Positions 1 to 27,163 of a DNA stretch of 64,000 bases are shown piece by piece. The notes under the pieces are model-generated. The model worked only from the letters and a program-made list of their open reading frames with translations, made no database searches and was not told the DNA's origin. Origin of the DNA: Macrostomum hystrix (lineage: Eukaryota; Animalia; Platyhelminthes); the NCBI GenBank assembly GCA_950097015.1, contig CATNEN010000038.1:12338001-12402000 (forward strand), given 5' to 3'. Numbering within the stretch: position 1 is the stretch's first letter; the number at the start of each line of letters is the position of its first letter. The position numbers and the translations under genes were made by a program.

Positions 1-369
1 TGGCAACAGCAACAGCAGCCAGGACTTGGCCAGCGGTGCTGCCTGTTCATGCGCCAGGTTAGTCCGCAGGTGAATCGCGACGTCCTGAACAAGATCTGCA
101 ACCAGCAGGGCCGGGTCCACCGGCTGCAGATGCACCCGGGCAATCTCTGGGCCCTAGTTCGATTCAGCTCGCAGGACGAGGCCGAGAAGGCCCAGAAGAA
201 TATTTTGAGTCTAGCCAACAATTTAGTTTTGGCCACCGATCAGGAAGCCGAACGTCTAGTCCAGATTGAGTCTGGCGTTGTCGGCGGAGGCGGCGGTGGC
301 GGCGCCGGCGTCGGCGGCTGGGGCATCGGCGGCTCGTCATCAAACTGGTCCGATGTCGACCAGATGTAA
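1..369 (+). CDS. TNRC6: 3' end of GW182/TNRC6-like miRNA-silencing protein (C-terminal RRM plus GW-containing tail); 5' part lies outside the window
   Basis: Frame 1 is open from base 1 to TAA at 367-369. LFMRQVSPQVNRDVLNKICNQQG..ALVRFSSQDEAEKAQK resembles the TNRC6 RRM (LxNLTPQIDxxTLxxLCxQHG..ALVRYSSKEExxKAQ). It is followed by a Gly-rich GGWG/NWS tail. Confidence 0.75.
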   Translation, partial: WQQQQQPGLGQRCCLFMRQVSPQVNRDVLNKICNQQGRVHRLQMHPGNLWALVRFSSQDEAEKAQKNILSLANNLVLATDQEAERLVQIESGVVGGGGGGGAGVGGWGIGGSSSNWSDVDQM

Positions 370-3300
370 AGGAGAAGTCCTATTGACACTCCTGGCTGGG
401 ATAAAAATAATAACTGTCTCGATTTTTCATTTCTGTCGATGGCCTGAATGAATTATATTAATAAAATTCGGTAAAACAAAAAACTATTGGGTAAACAGCT
501 TGAGTTACTGTACACATCATTCTTGACCGTGAATTCCTCGTCAACTAGTTAGTTCACCTAATTTCATATGCTAAAAGGGGAAATTTCGGGATTTAGAAGG
601 CATTATGAATTGTGTTTAGTCGTCAGAATAAGCACCGCCTTAGCTAGTGTTGTCATCACCCGCTTTTGTTTCGTTAGTTCGACGTAGCCAATCATGAAGC
701 ATCATGATTTAGTTTGCAATGATCGCCTAATCGTTTGTTGTGCTCTCTCCAATGCGATTTTTCTGTCTCTCTGTTTTGGTAATAATAATTCTAATGATTG
801 TTTAGCTTTGCTCCCACCCGACACCCCTTTCCCCTGCAATCAGCTCGCATCAGTAACTTTTCTTTATTTGTTTGTTTGTTTGTTTGTTTGTTTGTTGGTT
901 TGTTTGTTTGTTTATCTAGAGAATCGCGCTTCTGCTTGAGGCTCAAGGAATAATAATTAAATGAATCAATGAATTTAGACAGCTCACAGTTCTTGTGCCA
1001 GTTCTCCTAAGTCTCTGTTTTTCTCTTATCTATCGGTTCCAATGTATCAGTTTATAAATATAAATGTAAGCTATGTATTATTGCCCCGCCCCCGCAAAGC
1101 ACATCGCGTCAGTACCGTATTGCTACAGAGTCTTTCAGCTAGCAGATTGGCCATGCTCACACAGACGCTGAGTTCTACTCCAGTTACCATTTGTGTCTGT
1201 TTTATATGCATATACACACACAGAATCGTTGAAGCATAAACAGCAGCGTAAGGGTTAGCGAGTCACATGCGCTGCCTGCTGTCTGTGTTTTATTTTCGAT
1301 TTCAGTTTTACATAATCTATTTTTTACAATACATCAGACCCCCTCACAAAACCGCCGATTTGCGAATTTGGGTGTGTCGCGTTTGTCTCTGTGTGTTATT
1401 TTAATCCCACGTTTTACTACCGTCAATTCTAGTGGGAGAGTTTTGTGTTTTCAAATTTGACTTTCCTAATAGGCGCTAATCCCTGTTAAAAGCTGGATAT
1501 TTTGTGATGCTTCTGCGCGACTTTTTTCTGAGTAAGTGCATTTTTAATGTTGAACGGGCTTCTGCTATTATGTGTGTTGCGATCCACGCACACACATTGC
1601 TAACTGCTTTGCCTAATGCTGACCATGGCACTTTGATTGGACTGAAAGCCAAAACTTGATCAATACTAGTGGAACAAAGACTGATTAGTCGTAAGTTGGA
1701 ACAAAAATCTAACTAGGTCAGTTAGAATTCTGCGGAACAAAGACAGGCTTTGTTTCCGTTAGAATGGTGTAGATTGTAGAACAACGACTCTCTTTGAAGT
1801 CTTTGTTAAAATAATCAAACTAGGTCAGAGTGAATTCTTCGAAACAAAGACTCAGCTCAGTGAAAAGTTATAACAAAGAGGAGCTTAACCTAGTTATAAA
1901 AAAGCCCACTTTAGTAGATTTGAAACAAAGACTTTCTGCAATCAAAGTGGCACAATGGTGGCGTTAGTTTTTTTAGCGAGCACAGTTGCCCAGCTTCGAC
2001 ACTGTTAGAGAACTCTCATGTTATTCCATCCTATGTTACGCTGGGATCGCCAAGTGTGGGTTTAGCCTGTGAAATCGGCGCCAACTGCCAGCCAATAATT
2101 GCTCTGATGTTTGCGTGCAACTTTGCTAGCCAATACCGTACGATAATTTAATAGTAAATTAAGAGAAACAAACCAACTCTAAACACTGTGCATTGCTCTG
2201 AGCTCCTCTCTACAATTTGGTCATTTTTTACTAGTTTTGCCTCTCTTTCAGTACTCCGTGTTTTTTCTTTATTTATTCGCTGTCAACTCGGTCTCTACAA
2301 ACTGCAGACAAAAATTCAATCGCAACGCTATAACATTTATTATTCTATTTGCTTGTATTTTTATTTGCATTATTTTCGCTTCCGCCTTCGCGCGCCCCTC
2401 CTGCTGACCTTCCTCTGTTATTCCGGTCCGGTCAAAAGTTCAAAGCCAATTCGCTTTCAGTTTTTTAAAGCTAACCCTGTCTCAGATCTTCCCAAAGTCA
2501 ATCACTTCTATTGCCTGCCTGTCTTCCTCCTGAGTGTCTTCTGGGTGTCTGTCTGTCTTCTGGGTGTCTGTCTGTCTGTCTTCCTGGGTGTCTGTCTTTT
2601 TGTCTTGCGGGTCTGTCTGTCTGTCTGTCTGTCTGTCTTCTGCCTGTCTGTTTCGCCCCCTTTTTCCATGCATCGCGAGTGCATTTCCGCCGTCTCCCTA
2701 ACGAAGCCGTTTGCGTCCTTCTGCCTCTTCCTCATTCTTAATTGTGCAGCAGCAGAGATTTATACTTATATCTATATATCTGTGAACATGCTATTTCTGC
2801 CTGTATGTATATACTTCAAGCAATTGAGTTGTTTAGTAATGACAGCCTTTTTAGAGACATTCTTCCCATTGATGTCTCTGTCCGTCTATTGCCCTTGATT
2901 TCTCGCTACTCTCAGCTTTTATCCATCCAAAACTAGACAAAGTGAAAGCAGTGCTTTTGCCTATATACTGTAGCTGATAACAGCCTCGAGCAAGCTAACT
3001 ATTTCCTGTTAAACCCTGAAAGCTTCCCAATTTTTTCTGCTGCTATTTCTCTTACTTTGGCTCCGACATTATCAAATAATATATACCTTTTTTCTGCCAC
3101 TCCGAAGCTCAGTTTGTCAGTAGCCTGTCAGTAGTATGAGACGCGCATTATTTCGCACCGAATTCATTATTTACTAATAGCTTTGTAGCTATACCTATAT
3201 TGTATTGTTTTTCGCAAAATGAAAAGCCATCATCCCAGAGTCCACAGTTTTTTTGTGAGACGGCAGTGCCAGCTAAATTGCTAACCCGAGCCTCTAGTAT

Positions 3301-5855
3301 TCCGCTAACTCATCGGCTGCCTACTCTAAATATTTTATCTGACCAGTTTTAGCTAGTTTTTTCCTATCTGTAAACAGCACTTTTAACGACTTCCAGTCAG
3401 ATGCTACAAGTACCTGATAACTAGCCATTCTTTTGCCACTTTCAAAAGAAAAAATAGCGAATCCTTTAAAGATAGTTTTTGTGAGTAATTTGTCTGTTTT
3501 TGTTTTTCTTTAAACTAATTACTATATTTCTGGTCCGTAAGCCGTCATCAATGCTAACTGCTCGCTGTACATGTGTTTGCCCCAGTAATTTTAATAGGCT
3601 AATTCTTAGCTGCGCTTTAGACCAGCCAGACTCCAATGCTAATTTACATTTCTTTTATTTATTTGGTTCTTTTTCATTTTTTATTCGTCTATTCTTCATT
3701 TTTTGTCCGCCAAAATTCGCTGCCCAATTCTGAGAGAGCTTGCTGAGATAACATTCAACGCTGGTCATTCGCACCGATTTCTGCTTCATTGTCTCTACTC
3801 CTTATAACTTAATTTCCTAAATTTAAATCTTTACATTTTTCACACCAAGTGCCCCTCCCAGAGTTGCTCTGCAATTTAACAATTTTCCAGTGTTTTTGTA
3901 TTTTCCTTGAATTTCTGTCGGTAATTGTTGTTTTTTAGTTTTTCTTCGCACATTTTTCATTAGAAAAAGGCATGTAAAATGATGATAATCCTGCTAGCGT
4001 GTGTGTTTTTGTGATGCAGTTTACCAGTGCGGTTGTAGCTTCTCGTCTGACTCTATTTAGCTGTTCGTTTTGTTCCCTAACTGTACATAACTAAATAAGT
4101 AAACGTATTCCGCTGATTCACGTACCAACCAAACCATTTTAAATAACTCACTGCCCGCTATTCCGAAATCGTATGTACGATGAAACCGGCTTCTTAACGT
4201 GTTCATTATTTCTGTTCTTTGGCTTTATGCCAGAAAACTTTTTTGATGAATGGTTTAACGAGAACCATATCGACGAGAAATATAACTTGTATCAAACTCT
4301 GACAATGGAAACAAAATTCATTAATACTATGATTAAAAAGAGCTCATTAGTAAAAGAGGCGAGCGTATTTTTATGGCCTACGAATATAAGTATCCTAAGC
4401 CATTTCCAGCAAGCAAGCAAAATTCCTGCAAGCAGACTTCGACAAACAAAATTCCTGCAAGCAAACTTCGGCTAGCAATTACTTCCCGCAATCGAATTTC
4501 GTTCTACCGCGATTGCCTTCTGACAACAAACTGTGACTTCAGGTTATTTGCGGCTTTGTGCTCAAAGCTTTTCACGAATACTTCTAAATTCAGTTTGAGA
4601 AAACTGAAAATTTATTAGTAGATTTACATCTAGTTATTTTAAGGGAGAATAATATCTAGAGTTTTATTTTCAGAAACCTGGACTAAGATCAGTGATGGTA
4701 TATTACATATTATTTGATAACAAAAAACTCTTTCATTGAGACTACAAGAGTTTAGCCTTTTTGTAAGTCTATTTGTTTGACTGACGTGAGCGCTCGAATT
4801 TCGACATGCACTATAATGAACTTTTTATACAAGTTCGTGTTTTATCTTGCACGTGACGTGATCAAGCCTTCACTTGTTGCTTATCGTAAATCTTTAATTT
4901 GCTTTGTCGCATGTCACGCTTTATGCTTAAATATTGACCAGCTTACCAGGAATATCAATCACTACGGCCTGTGCCGCCTGTGCCTTCTGCACTGCACTGT
5001 TAAAAGTGGCATACACTTTGCAATTGGGAATCCAAGAATAAAAACATTTTTATTACAAATTTGATGTTGTTAAAAGGCAAAAAAAATCTGAAAATAAATG
5101 TCTAGCTATTTTACACTTTTAAAGCAAGTAGCCAAGTCTTTTTCGAGAAGTGATCTGTAGGCTTAACCTTTGAATTTTATCAGATTTACAGACAGATTAA
5201 TGGTTGGTCCAACCTAGCAACCAAATATAAAAAATCCACAATCACCTATCTTAGAGGGCCCCTATAAAAAGTCCAACAAAACACTTTTATGAATGCTTTT
5301 TAATTTAGCTTTATTAGCATCTTAGCTTCATTTATATTTATTAATGATAAATTGTATTATAAAAAGGTAAAAATAATAAATGTATATTTAGCATTTTAGC
5401 TATGAGGTGTAGATTCTATGAGTTGTTGCATTAATACTTAAGTGTAGCAATAAATATATAGGCCCAGCTATATTTGATATTTCATGGTGGACTAGGGATC
5501 CCAAGAAGCTTTGCTCTAGCTAAATTTGTATCTAAACTTCTATTACTATATGCTAGTCTGACACACTTTGTTATTAGAGGTCTACTAGTTAAAATTTATT
5601 ACTTATAAAATGTATTACTTAGTTCAGACTTAAAAACTTTGAACTAAGTGATATGATATCTATGTATGATAATATTTTTTCTTCAATTTAAACACAAATC
5701 TTAAGAACTTGAATGCCTAGGCCTATCATACTTTCTTTAGCCTAGTTTTTGTAACTTCAACACAAACTTTAACACTTAAAGATTTAAACATGAATATTTA
5801 AAGAATGTTGTAATCTTCTAAGCTAAATTTATGAAATTCATAAAAATAATTTCAG

Positions 5856-20504
<14,649 letters not shown>

Positions 20505-20611
20505 CTGCTCAGACTGATTTCCTGGAAAATATAGAAAAATCATCGCAGTAAACGACTTTATTGTTTGTTTCTAGATTAATGAGACTGATTCAAAGTTTTA
20601 ACCAAACCTCA

Positions 20612-21325
20612 ATTTGAGTAGTCATCCTCCCAGATCCTCAGTTTGAGCAGTCATCCTCCCAGATCCTCAGTTTGAGCAGTCATCCTCCCAGATCCTCAGT
20701 TTGAGCAGTCATCCTCCCAGATCCTCAGTTTGTTGCAGTCATCCTCCCAGATCCTCAGTTTGTGCAGTCATCCTCCCAGATCCTCAGTTTATGCAGTCAT
20801 CCTCCCAGATCCTCAGTTTGTGCAGTCATCCTCCCAGATCCTCAGTTTGAGCAGTCATCCTCCCAGATCCTCAGTTTGTGCAGTCATCCTCCCAGATCCT
20901 CAGTTTGAGCAGTCATCCTCCCAGATCCTCAGTTTGAGCAGTCATCCTCCCAGATCCTCAGTTTGAGCAGTCATCCTTTCAGATCCTCAGTTTGAGCAGT
21001 CATCCTCCCAGATCCTCAGTTTGAGCAGTCATCCTTTCAGATCCTCAGTTTGAGCAGTCATCCTCCCAGATCCTCAGTTTGAGCAGTCATCCTTTCAGAT
21101 CCTCAGTTTGAGCATTCATCCTTCCAAATCCTCAGTTTGAGCAGTCACTCTCCCAGATCCTCAGTTTGAGCAGTCATCCTTTCTGATCCTCAGTTTGAGC
21201 AGTCGTCCTCCCAGATCCTCAGTTTGAGCAGTCGTCCTCCCAGATCCTCAGTATGAGCAGTTATTCTTTGAGATCCTAATTTTGAGCAGTCATCCTTTCG
21301 GATCCTTTGTTTGAGTAGTCATTCT
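20612..21325. repeat. 29-bp minisatellite (gagcagtcatcctcccagatcctcagttt)n downstream of ABCC
   Basis: About 24 tandem copies, degenerating towards the 3' end. Confidence 0.96.
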
Positions 21326-22823
21326 TCCACCTGATACTACTACTAGATGCGATTAGACTTGCCATAGTAATATCTCGCGGTCCGCGTAATTGGTAAAAAT
21401 TGTAAATCATTTTTTCTAAGCAAAATGGTTTCGATAAATTAAAAGCGTTGAGTTTGTTTTATATTTGCGAAAGCTATTTTTACTCTTCTTATTTTTACCT
21501 AATTACGTAATCATTGTGTCTGATGTCGTGCTGGTTGCGCTGCCAGATGGTCACCGGACCTTCCACGACAAATAATTGCAAAATGACTGTCTTATTGTAA
21601 CCCTTCGATGCCAATGCTAACTAGTCTTTGTTCATGAAAAATTATTTTATGCAATCGATTAATGATTCTCAGACTTATCAAATAGATTATTTTATTATTT
21701 AACTGCAATAAATTACAGTCTAATTCTCAATTGTTTCAATAGGTTTGCCAATTCATGATTTCATTGCCAAAACTGCAGCCTCCATTCACGTTATTTACCT
21801 TCACTTGGTCGGAGTGGCTGCTCCGGATAATCTTCCATAGCTTCTATCTGTCAATCATGCTCGTCTGCCGTGCCTGAACACACACACACTCTCTGGGGAG
21901 TTGGGATTGAGTGCCTTGGTTGGGCTGCTGATCGATAGATGCGAATATTGAGTTTACTGTGCGCTGCTGAGTTGCCCCAGATATGACTGACAGGTTTTGG
22001 CCCAGCAGTGAAAACAGTTGCTGCTGCTGCTGCTGCTTCGGCTGCAGTTGCTGATTTTGTTGCTTTTGCAGATCACCACAATTGCTGTTAACGCTAACAA
22101 GTAATTTAACGGGCCAGCGGGTGAGGGAATAGGCAGTCAGCTCGGTGGTGTGCCCGGTGCGAAATCGGCAGAAGCTAGCTCGTCAGCGGGGTTGCTGAAA
22201 CTGGTTGATCTACTCCCTCCTTATTCTAATTATCGACCCATTTATTATTGACCCACCCCTACTTATCGATTCATTTATCATTGACCAACCCCTCCTTATC
22301 GATCCATTTAGCATTGACCCAACACCTCCTTATCGATCCATTAAGCATTAACCCACTCCTCCTTATCGATTCATTTAGCATTGACCCAACACCTCCTTAT
22401 CGATCCATTGTTAATGACCCACACCCACCTCATCAACCCGTCCGTAACCTTGACCTACTCCCTCATTATCGACCAAAAGTACTCCTGATAATTATTTAGA
22501 GCTGAATCACTAGAATGTAGCATTTATCAATGAATTTACTTGTCAAAATATTATCTGTGGTTAAAACAAAGAGCAAGGCATGCTTTTCCGACTTACAAAG
22601 ACTTCTGTCGAGAGTAGGCTAAAGAACAAAGGAATAATCTTCTATGAACCAATTGTGATGCCACAATTCAAGGGCCTTTTTAACAAGAAAAAATTAATTG
22701 TTTGTCTTGACCTTCAGGCCTGGCCAAATATTCACCTAATTTGACTAAATCCGTCTCTGCCACTGGCTGTTCATCTGGCCAATAAATGCACAAGTCTAAT
22801 TGGTCAGCAGGGTGGTCATCGGG

Positions 22824-24374
22824 TCACGCGCCGCTCATAGCCGAGTAGCTCTTGCACTCGCACAGCAGAAAGTCGTCCATCGATGTCTGTCGGCAGCGAA
22901 TGAACTTCTCGGTCACCGATTGGCTGCTCCGCTGTCGCGGCCGCCGACCCGAAGCTGCGGAGTTGTCTCCGACGGTGCACGCTGAGCCGCCGTGGCAGAG
23001 CAGCCGGAGGCAGCTGCACGCGGAGGTTGGGGTGGCGTTCCGACAATCGATCGGCTTCTGAGCAAGCCTGCTCAACGGCATGCGATAGTGCTCGAGTAGT
23101 TCTTCGCTGAACTCATCGAAGCTCCGAGCCAGATGCTGCTGCTGCTGCTGCATGGCTTGCACCGAGCGTCGTTCTTTGACTCCGAACTTCTTCTGCAGCT
23201 TGATGGAGTGCTGCCTGTCCGAACTGCTCAAAACTTCGTCTTCGGACTCTTCGTCTGATAGCAGTCCGTCATCTGGGTTTTAACATAAATAACATCTAGG
23301 CTAGACAGAATGATCAAATGATCAAATCATAATGACCAATTGAACATTTGGTCATACGATAATCTTTAGATTTGTGATAGAATAACCCTAAGATTCGGCC
23401 ATAAAGTTATTTCAAGACTCAGTCAAAAATACTCCTCAGATTCGGTCATAGAATGATCCTAAGAGTCGGTCATAGAATGATCCTAAGATTTGGTCATAGA
23501 ATCATCACTTTAGCGTCGATCACAGAATGATCCTACTAAGATTCGGTCATTGAATGATCTTAAGATTCGGTCATTGAATAATCCTAAGATTCGGTCATAG
23601 AATGATCCTAAGAGTCGGTCATAGAATGATCCTAAGAGTCGGTGATAGAATGATCTTTAGATTTGGTCATAGAATGATCCTAAGAGTCGGTCATAGAACG
23701 ATCTTAAGATTTGGTCAAAGAATGATCCTAAGATTTGGTCATAGAATGATCTTAAGATTCGGTCATAGAATGATCCTAAGAATCGGTCGTAAAATGATCC
23801 TAAGAATCGGTCATAGAATGATCCTAAGAATCGGTCATAGAATGATTTTAAGAATCGGTCATATAATGATCCTAAGATGAGTCTGTCTTGGAAGAATCCT
23901 AAGATTTGGTCATAGAATGCTCTTTAGATTTGGTCAAAGAATGATCCTAAGATTTGGTCATAGAATGATCTTAAGATTCGGTCATAGAATGATCCTAAGA
24001 ATCGGTCGTAGAATGATCCTAAGAATCGGTCATAGAATGATCCTAAGAATCGGTCATAGAATGATTTTAAGAATCGGTCATAGAATGATCTTTAGATTTG
24101 GTCAAAGAATGATCCTAAGATTTGGTCATAGAATGATCTTAAGATTCGGTCATAGAATGATCCTAAGAATCAGTCATAGAATGATTTTAAGATTCGGTCA
24201 TAGAATGATCCTAAGAATCGGTCATAGAATGATCCTAAGATGAGTCGGTCTTAGAAGAATCCTAAGATTTGGTCATATAATGATCAGAATGATAGTGCTC
24301 AACATAGCTCTCTACTCACATATATTGAATAATCCAACTGCTCCAATAAACAGGAATAAACCGGCAGAGCGCAT
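22824..24374 (-). CDS. Uncharacterised small putatively secreted 8-Cys precursor protein, paralog B (167 aa, 2 exons)
   Basis: Exon 1 is 24374-24320 (ATG CGC TCT.., donor T|gtgagt). Exon 2 is 23272-22824 (acceptor cccag|AT). The phase-1 join gives 504 nt: MRSAGLFLFIGAVGLFNIYDGLLSDEESEDEV..KERRSV..FSEELLE..IDC..ACSC..C..C..FIRCR..LLCECK. It is clearly similar to the gene at 27164-28775. Confidence 0.8.
23438..24285. repeat. 24-bp minisatellite (agattcggtcatagaatgatccta)n filling the paralog B intron
   Basis: About 33 copies. They generate the spurious (MILRFGHR)n ORFs. Confidence 0.95.
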
Positions 24375-24708
24375 TTTGAGTCGAGTCACAAATTTCGGTC
24401 GTGTTTTTCGGTCCAACTGGAGCCGATGATCATTCCATTGCGCATTGTACAGGCTGTCGGAAATCTTTCATTCTAAATGTTGTGCGTGTGTGACCACTTC
24501 TTTTAAAAACTATTTTATACGATTGGTGGCAGAGGGGCCTATAGCCATACGACCCGCGGCATGTCCAGTTTTTTTTGGGCAGGCATGTCCCCTAGCACAC
24601 ACTGTTGCTGCTGGTTTCTACATGCGTTGTGAGGGCTGATTCCACCCCACACACGCACACACAGGAAGCGAAGGACATTAAATGCTCGCTTAGCCACCAA
24701 GTGATCGG

Positions 24709-24739
<31 letters not shown>

Positions 24740-25207
24740 TCCTGTCCAACTTCACTGCCTGCCCCCTAACAGCCGCATCCGTTGGAGGTTTTGATAACTG
24801 CGCACTGCGGACACACGCTATCGCTTGGAATGGAAATCGGATGCCAAAAGCAAGTCTCAGCATCCCCAATCCCCACAGCAGCAAGCCATCATAAATGCAA
24901 AATTTGTTTGAATCAAGATCCAAATATAAAAAGTGTTATAAAATATTGTAGATTCCGCAGCCCAAAAACCAAACCTGAGGGATTGTGGCAGTCACGGTAG
25001 AGAAAATTGCAAGGATGTAAAAAGTCTATTTGCATATTCTGGATGGGGAATGCATACATGTAGTTTCCTCATTTTTACCCTCTTTTGCAGGATTTAGATA
25101 GCGATCCTCGATCAGAACAAACATTCACCTGTCCAACTTTTTTTTGCCTAGCATCCATGGACTCATTCTCTTATCTGCCAAAATACCTCTTAAATCTCCC
25201 ACTCTAT

Positions 25208-25860
25208 TCTGCCAACCACCACCTCAAATCTACAAAGCCCCTCGTCAAATCTGCCAACCACCACCTCAAATCTACAAAGCCCCTCGTCAAATCTGCCAAC
25301 CACCACCTCAAATCTACAAAGCCCCTCGTCAAATCTGCCAACCACCACCTCAAATCTACAAAGCTCCTTGTCAAATCTGCCAACCACCACTTCAAATCTA
25401 CAAAGCTCCTCGTCAAATCTGCCAACCACCACTTCAAATCTACAAAGCCCCTCGTCAAATCTGCCAACCACCACCTCAAATCTACAAAGCTCCTCGTCAA
25501 ATCTGCCAACCACCACCTCAAACCTACAAAGCTCCTCGTCAAATCTGCCAACCACCACCTCAAATCTACAAAGCTCCTCGTCAAATCTGCCAAACACCAC
25601 CTCAAACCTACAAAGCTCCTCGTCAAATCTGCCAACCACCACCTCAAACCTACAAAGCTCCTCGTCAAATCTGCCAACCACCACCTCAAATCTACAAAGC
25701 CCCTCATCAAATCTGCCAACCACCACCTGAAATCTACAAAGCTCCTCGTCAAATCTGCCAACCACCACCTCAAACCTACAAAGCCCCTCGTCAAATCTGC
25801 CAACCACCACCTCAAATCTACAAAGCCCCTTGTCAAATCTGCCAACCCGTTCAAATCTAC
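25208..25860. repeat. 42-bp minisatellite (ctgccaaccaccacctcaaatctacaaagcccctcgtcaaat)n
   Basis: About 15 copies, open in several frames on both strands. Confidence 0.95.
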
Positions 25861-26664
25861 CTAAAAGTCTCTACTGAAACTAGCATTAGGCCGAAGTGCA
25901 AAAACGCAACAAAAACTTTCTTAGATTATAGGACGAACAAAGCTTTATTTAAAAAGCGAAAATCATTATTTTATTAATATCTTTTATTCTTTATTTACAA
26001 GTCACACAAATTAACAAAACACGTGAATTTTCCTGTGTACCTTTTCGCAATCGTTTTTTTAAACTGTGAGAAAGTCGGCAAAAATAAAAAAAGAAAAGCT
26101 AACACTACGCAGCTAGTACTACTCGTAAATTGACTGTAATCTACAACAGGCAAGTTGTAAAACAAAAAATGTTCATGTAGATAAGTATAAGTGTGCTTTA
26201 CGAGTATAACATCGACTGAGAAAAAATCTACAGATACGCTCGTATTGAGTAGAAAGTGAGTAAAATTCTAACTACTGTATGCAAAGTAAAACGTGTTAAA
26301 ATATAATCTGTGAAAACTAAGCATAAAATAAAGCGACAATTTGTGACTAGATTTAATCAGAAAAAGATTTTTTTCACTTCTACTCCAAGACGCAGCTCGC
26401 TACTAAAAGTAGGGACGTAAAAATCGGCAAATTTTTCAAACATCTAAATGTGCAAAAACATGTTCACGGACACGAGAATAAGAAAATGTTAAACGTTTGT
26501 TGCGCACATGTTTGGGTAGAACATAAGCAAAAATAAATTATCCCATTATTGAGAGTGCGTAAGAAAAAAGGAAAATGTATTGAAATCGAGGCTGCAGCCT
26601 TTGCCCGCTACGATAAATAGTTAGAAGTAAAGATAATTATCACAAAAGTGGCAATACTAATCCT

Positions 26665-27042
26665 AACAATGAGATTCGAACTAAAGTGGGGATAATCATC
26701 CCAACAATGAGATTCGAACTAAAGTGGGGATAATTATCCCAACAATGAGATTCGAACTAAAGTGGGGATAATTATCCCAACAATGATATTCGAACTAAAG
26801 TGGGGATAATCATCCCAACAATGAGATTCGAACTAAAGTGGGGATAATCATCCCAACAATGAGATTCGAACTAAAACGGGGATAATTATCCCAACAATAA
26901 GATGCGAAATAAAGTGGGGATAATTATCCCTACTATGAGATGCGAAAGAAATTGGGGATAATAATCCCAACAATGAGCTTCGAACAAAAGTGGGGATAAT
27001 CATCCCAACAATGAGATTCGAACTAAAGTGGGGATAATTATA
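26665..27042. repeat. 38-bp minisatellite (aacaatgagattcgaactaaagtggggataattatccc)n
   Basis: About 10 copies just beyond the paralog A stop codon. Confidence 0.93.
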
Positions 27043-27163
27043 CTAAAATGGGATTTAAAATAAAAAGGGGATACTTGTTCTACAACGGAATTTTAAGTAA
27101 ATGAGATAATTATCATTTATTTGAGATAAATAGATAAAGAGGGGGTACTATCCTTCGTTTTTA

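Noticed and set aside
2188-2898. 236-aa hydrophobic ORF
   Set aside because: Non-ATG start and driven by T-rich and (GTCT)n sequence. It probably lies in the long 3' UTR or downstream region of the TNRC6-like gene.
23602-24243. (MILRFGHR)n ORFs resembling a repetitive neuropeptide precursor
   Set aside because: No signal peptide or dibasic sites. It is the 24-bp intronic minisatellite read antisense to paralog B.
25085-25977. Extensin-like ORF (ICQPPPQIYKAPRQ)n and overlapping ORFs
   Set aside because: This is a 42-bp minisatellite open in most frames on both strands. There is no convincing start or signal peptide and no unique coding flank.
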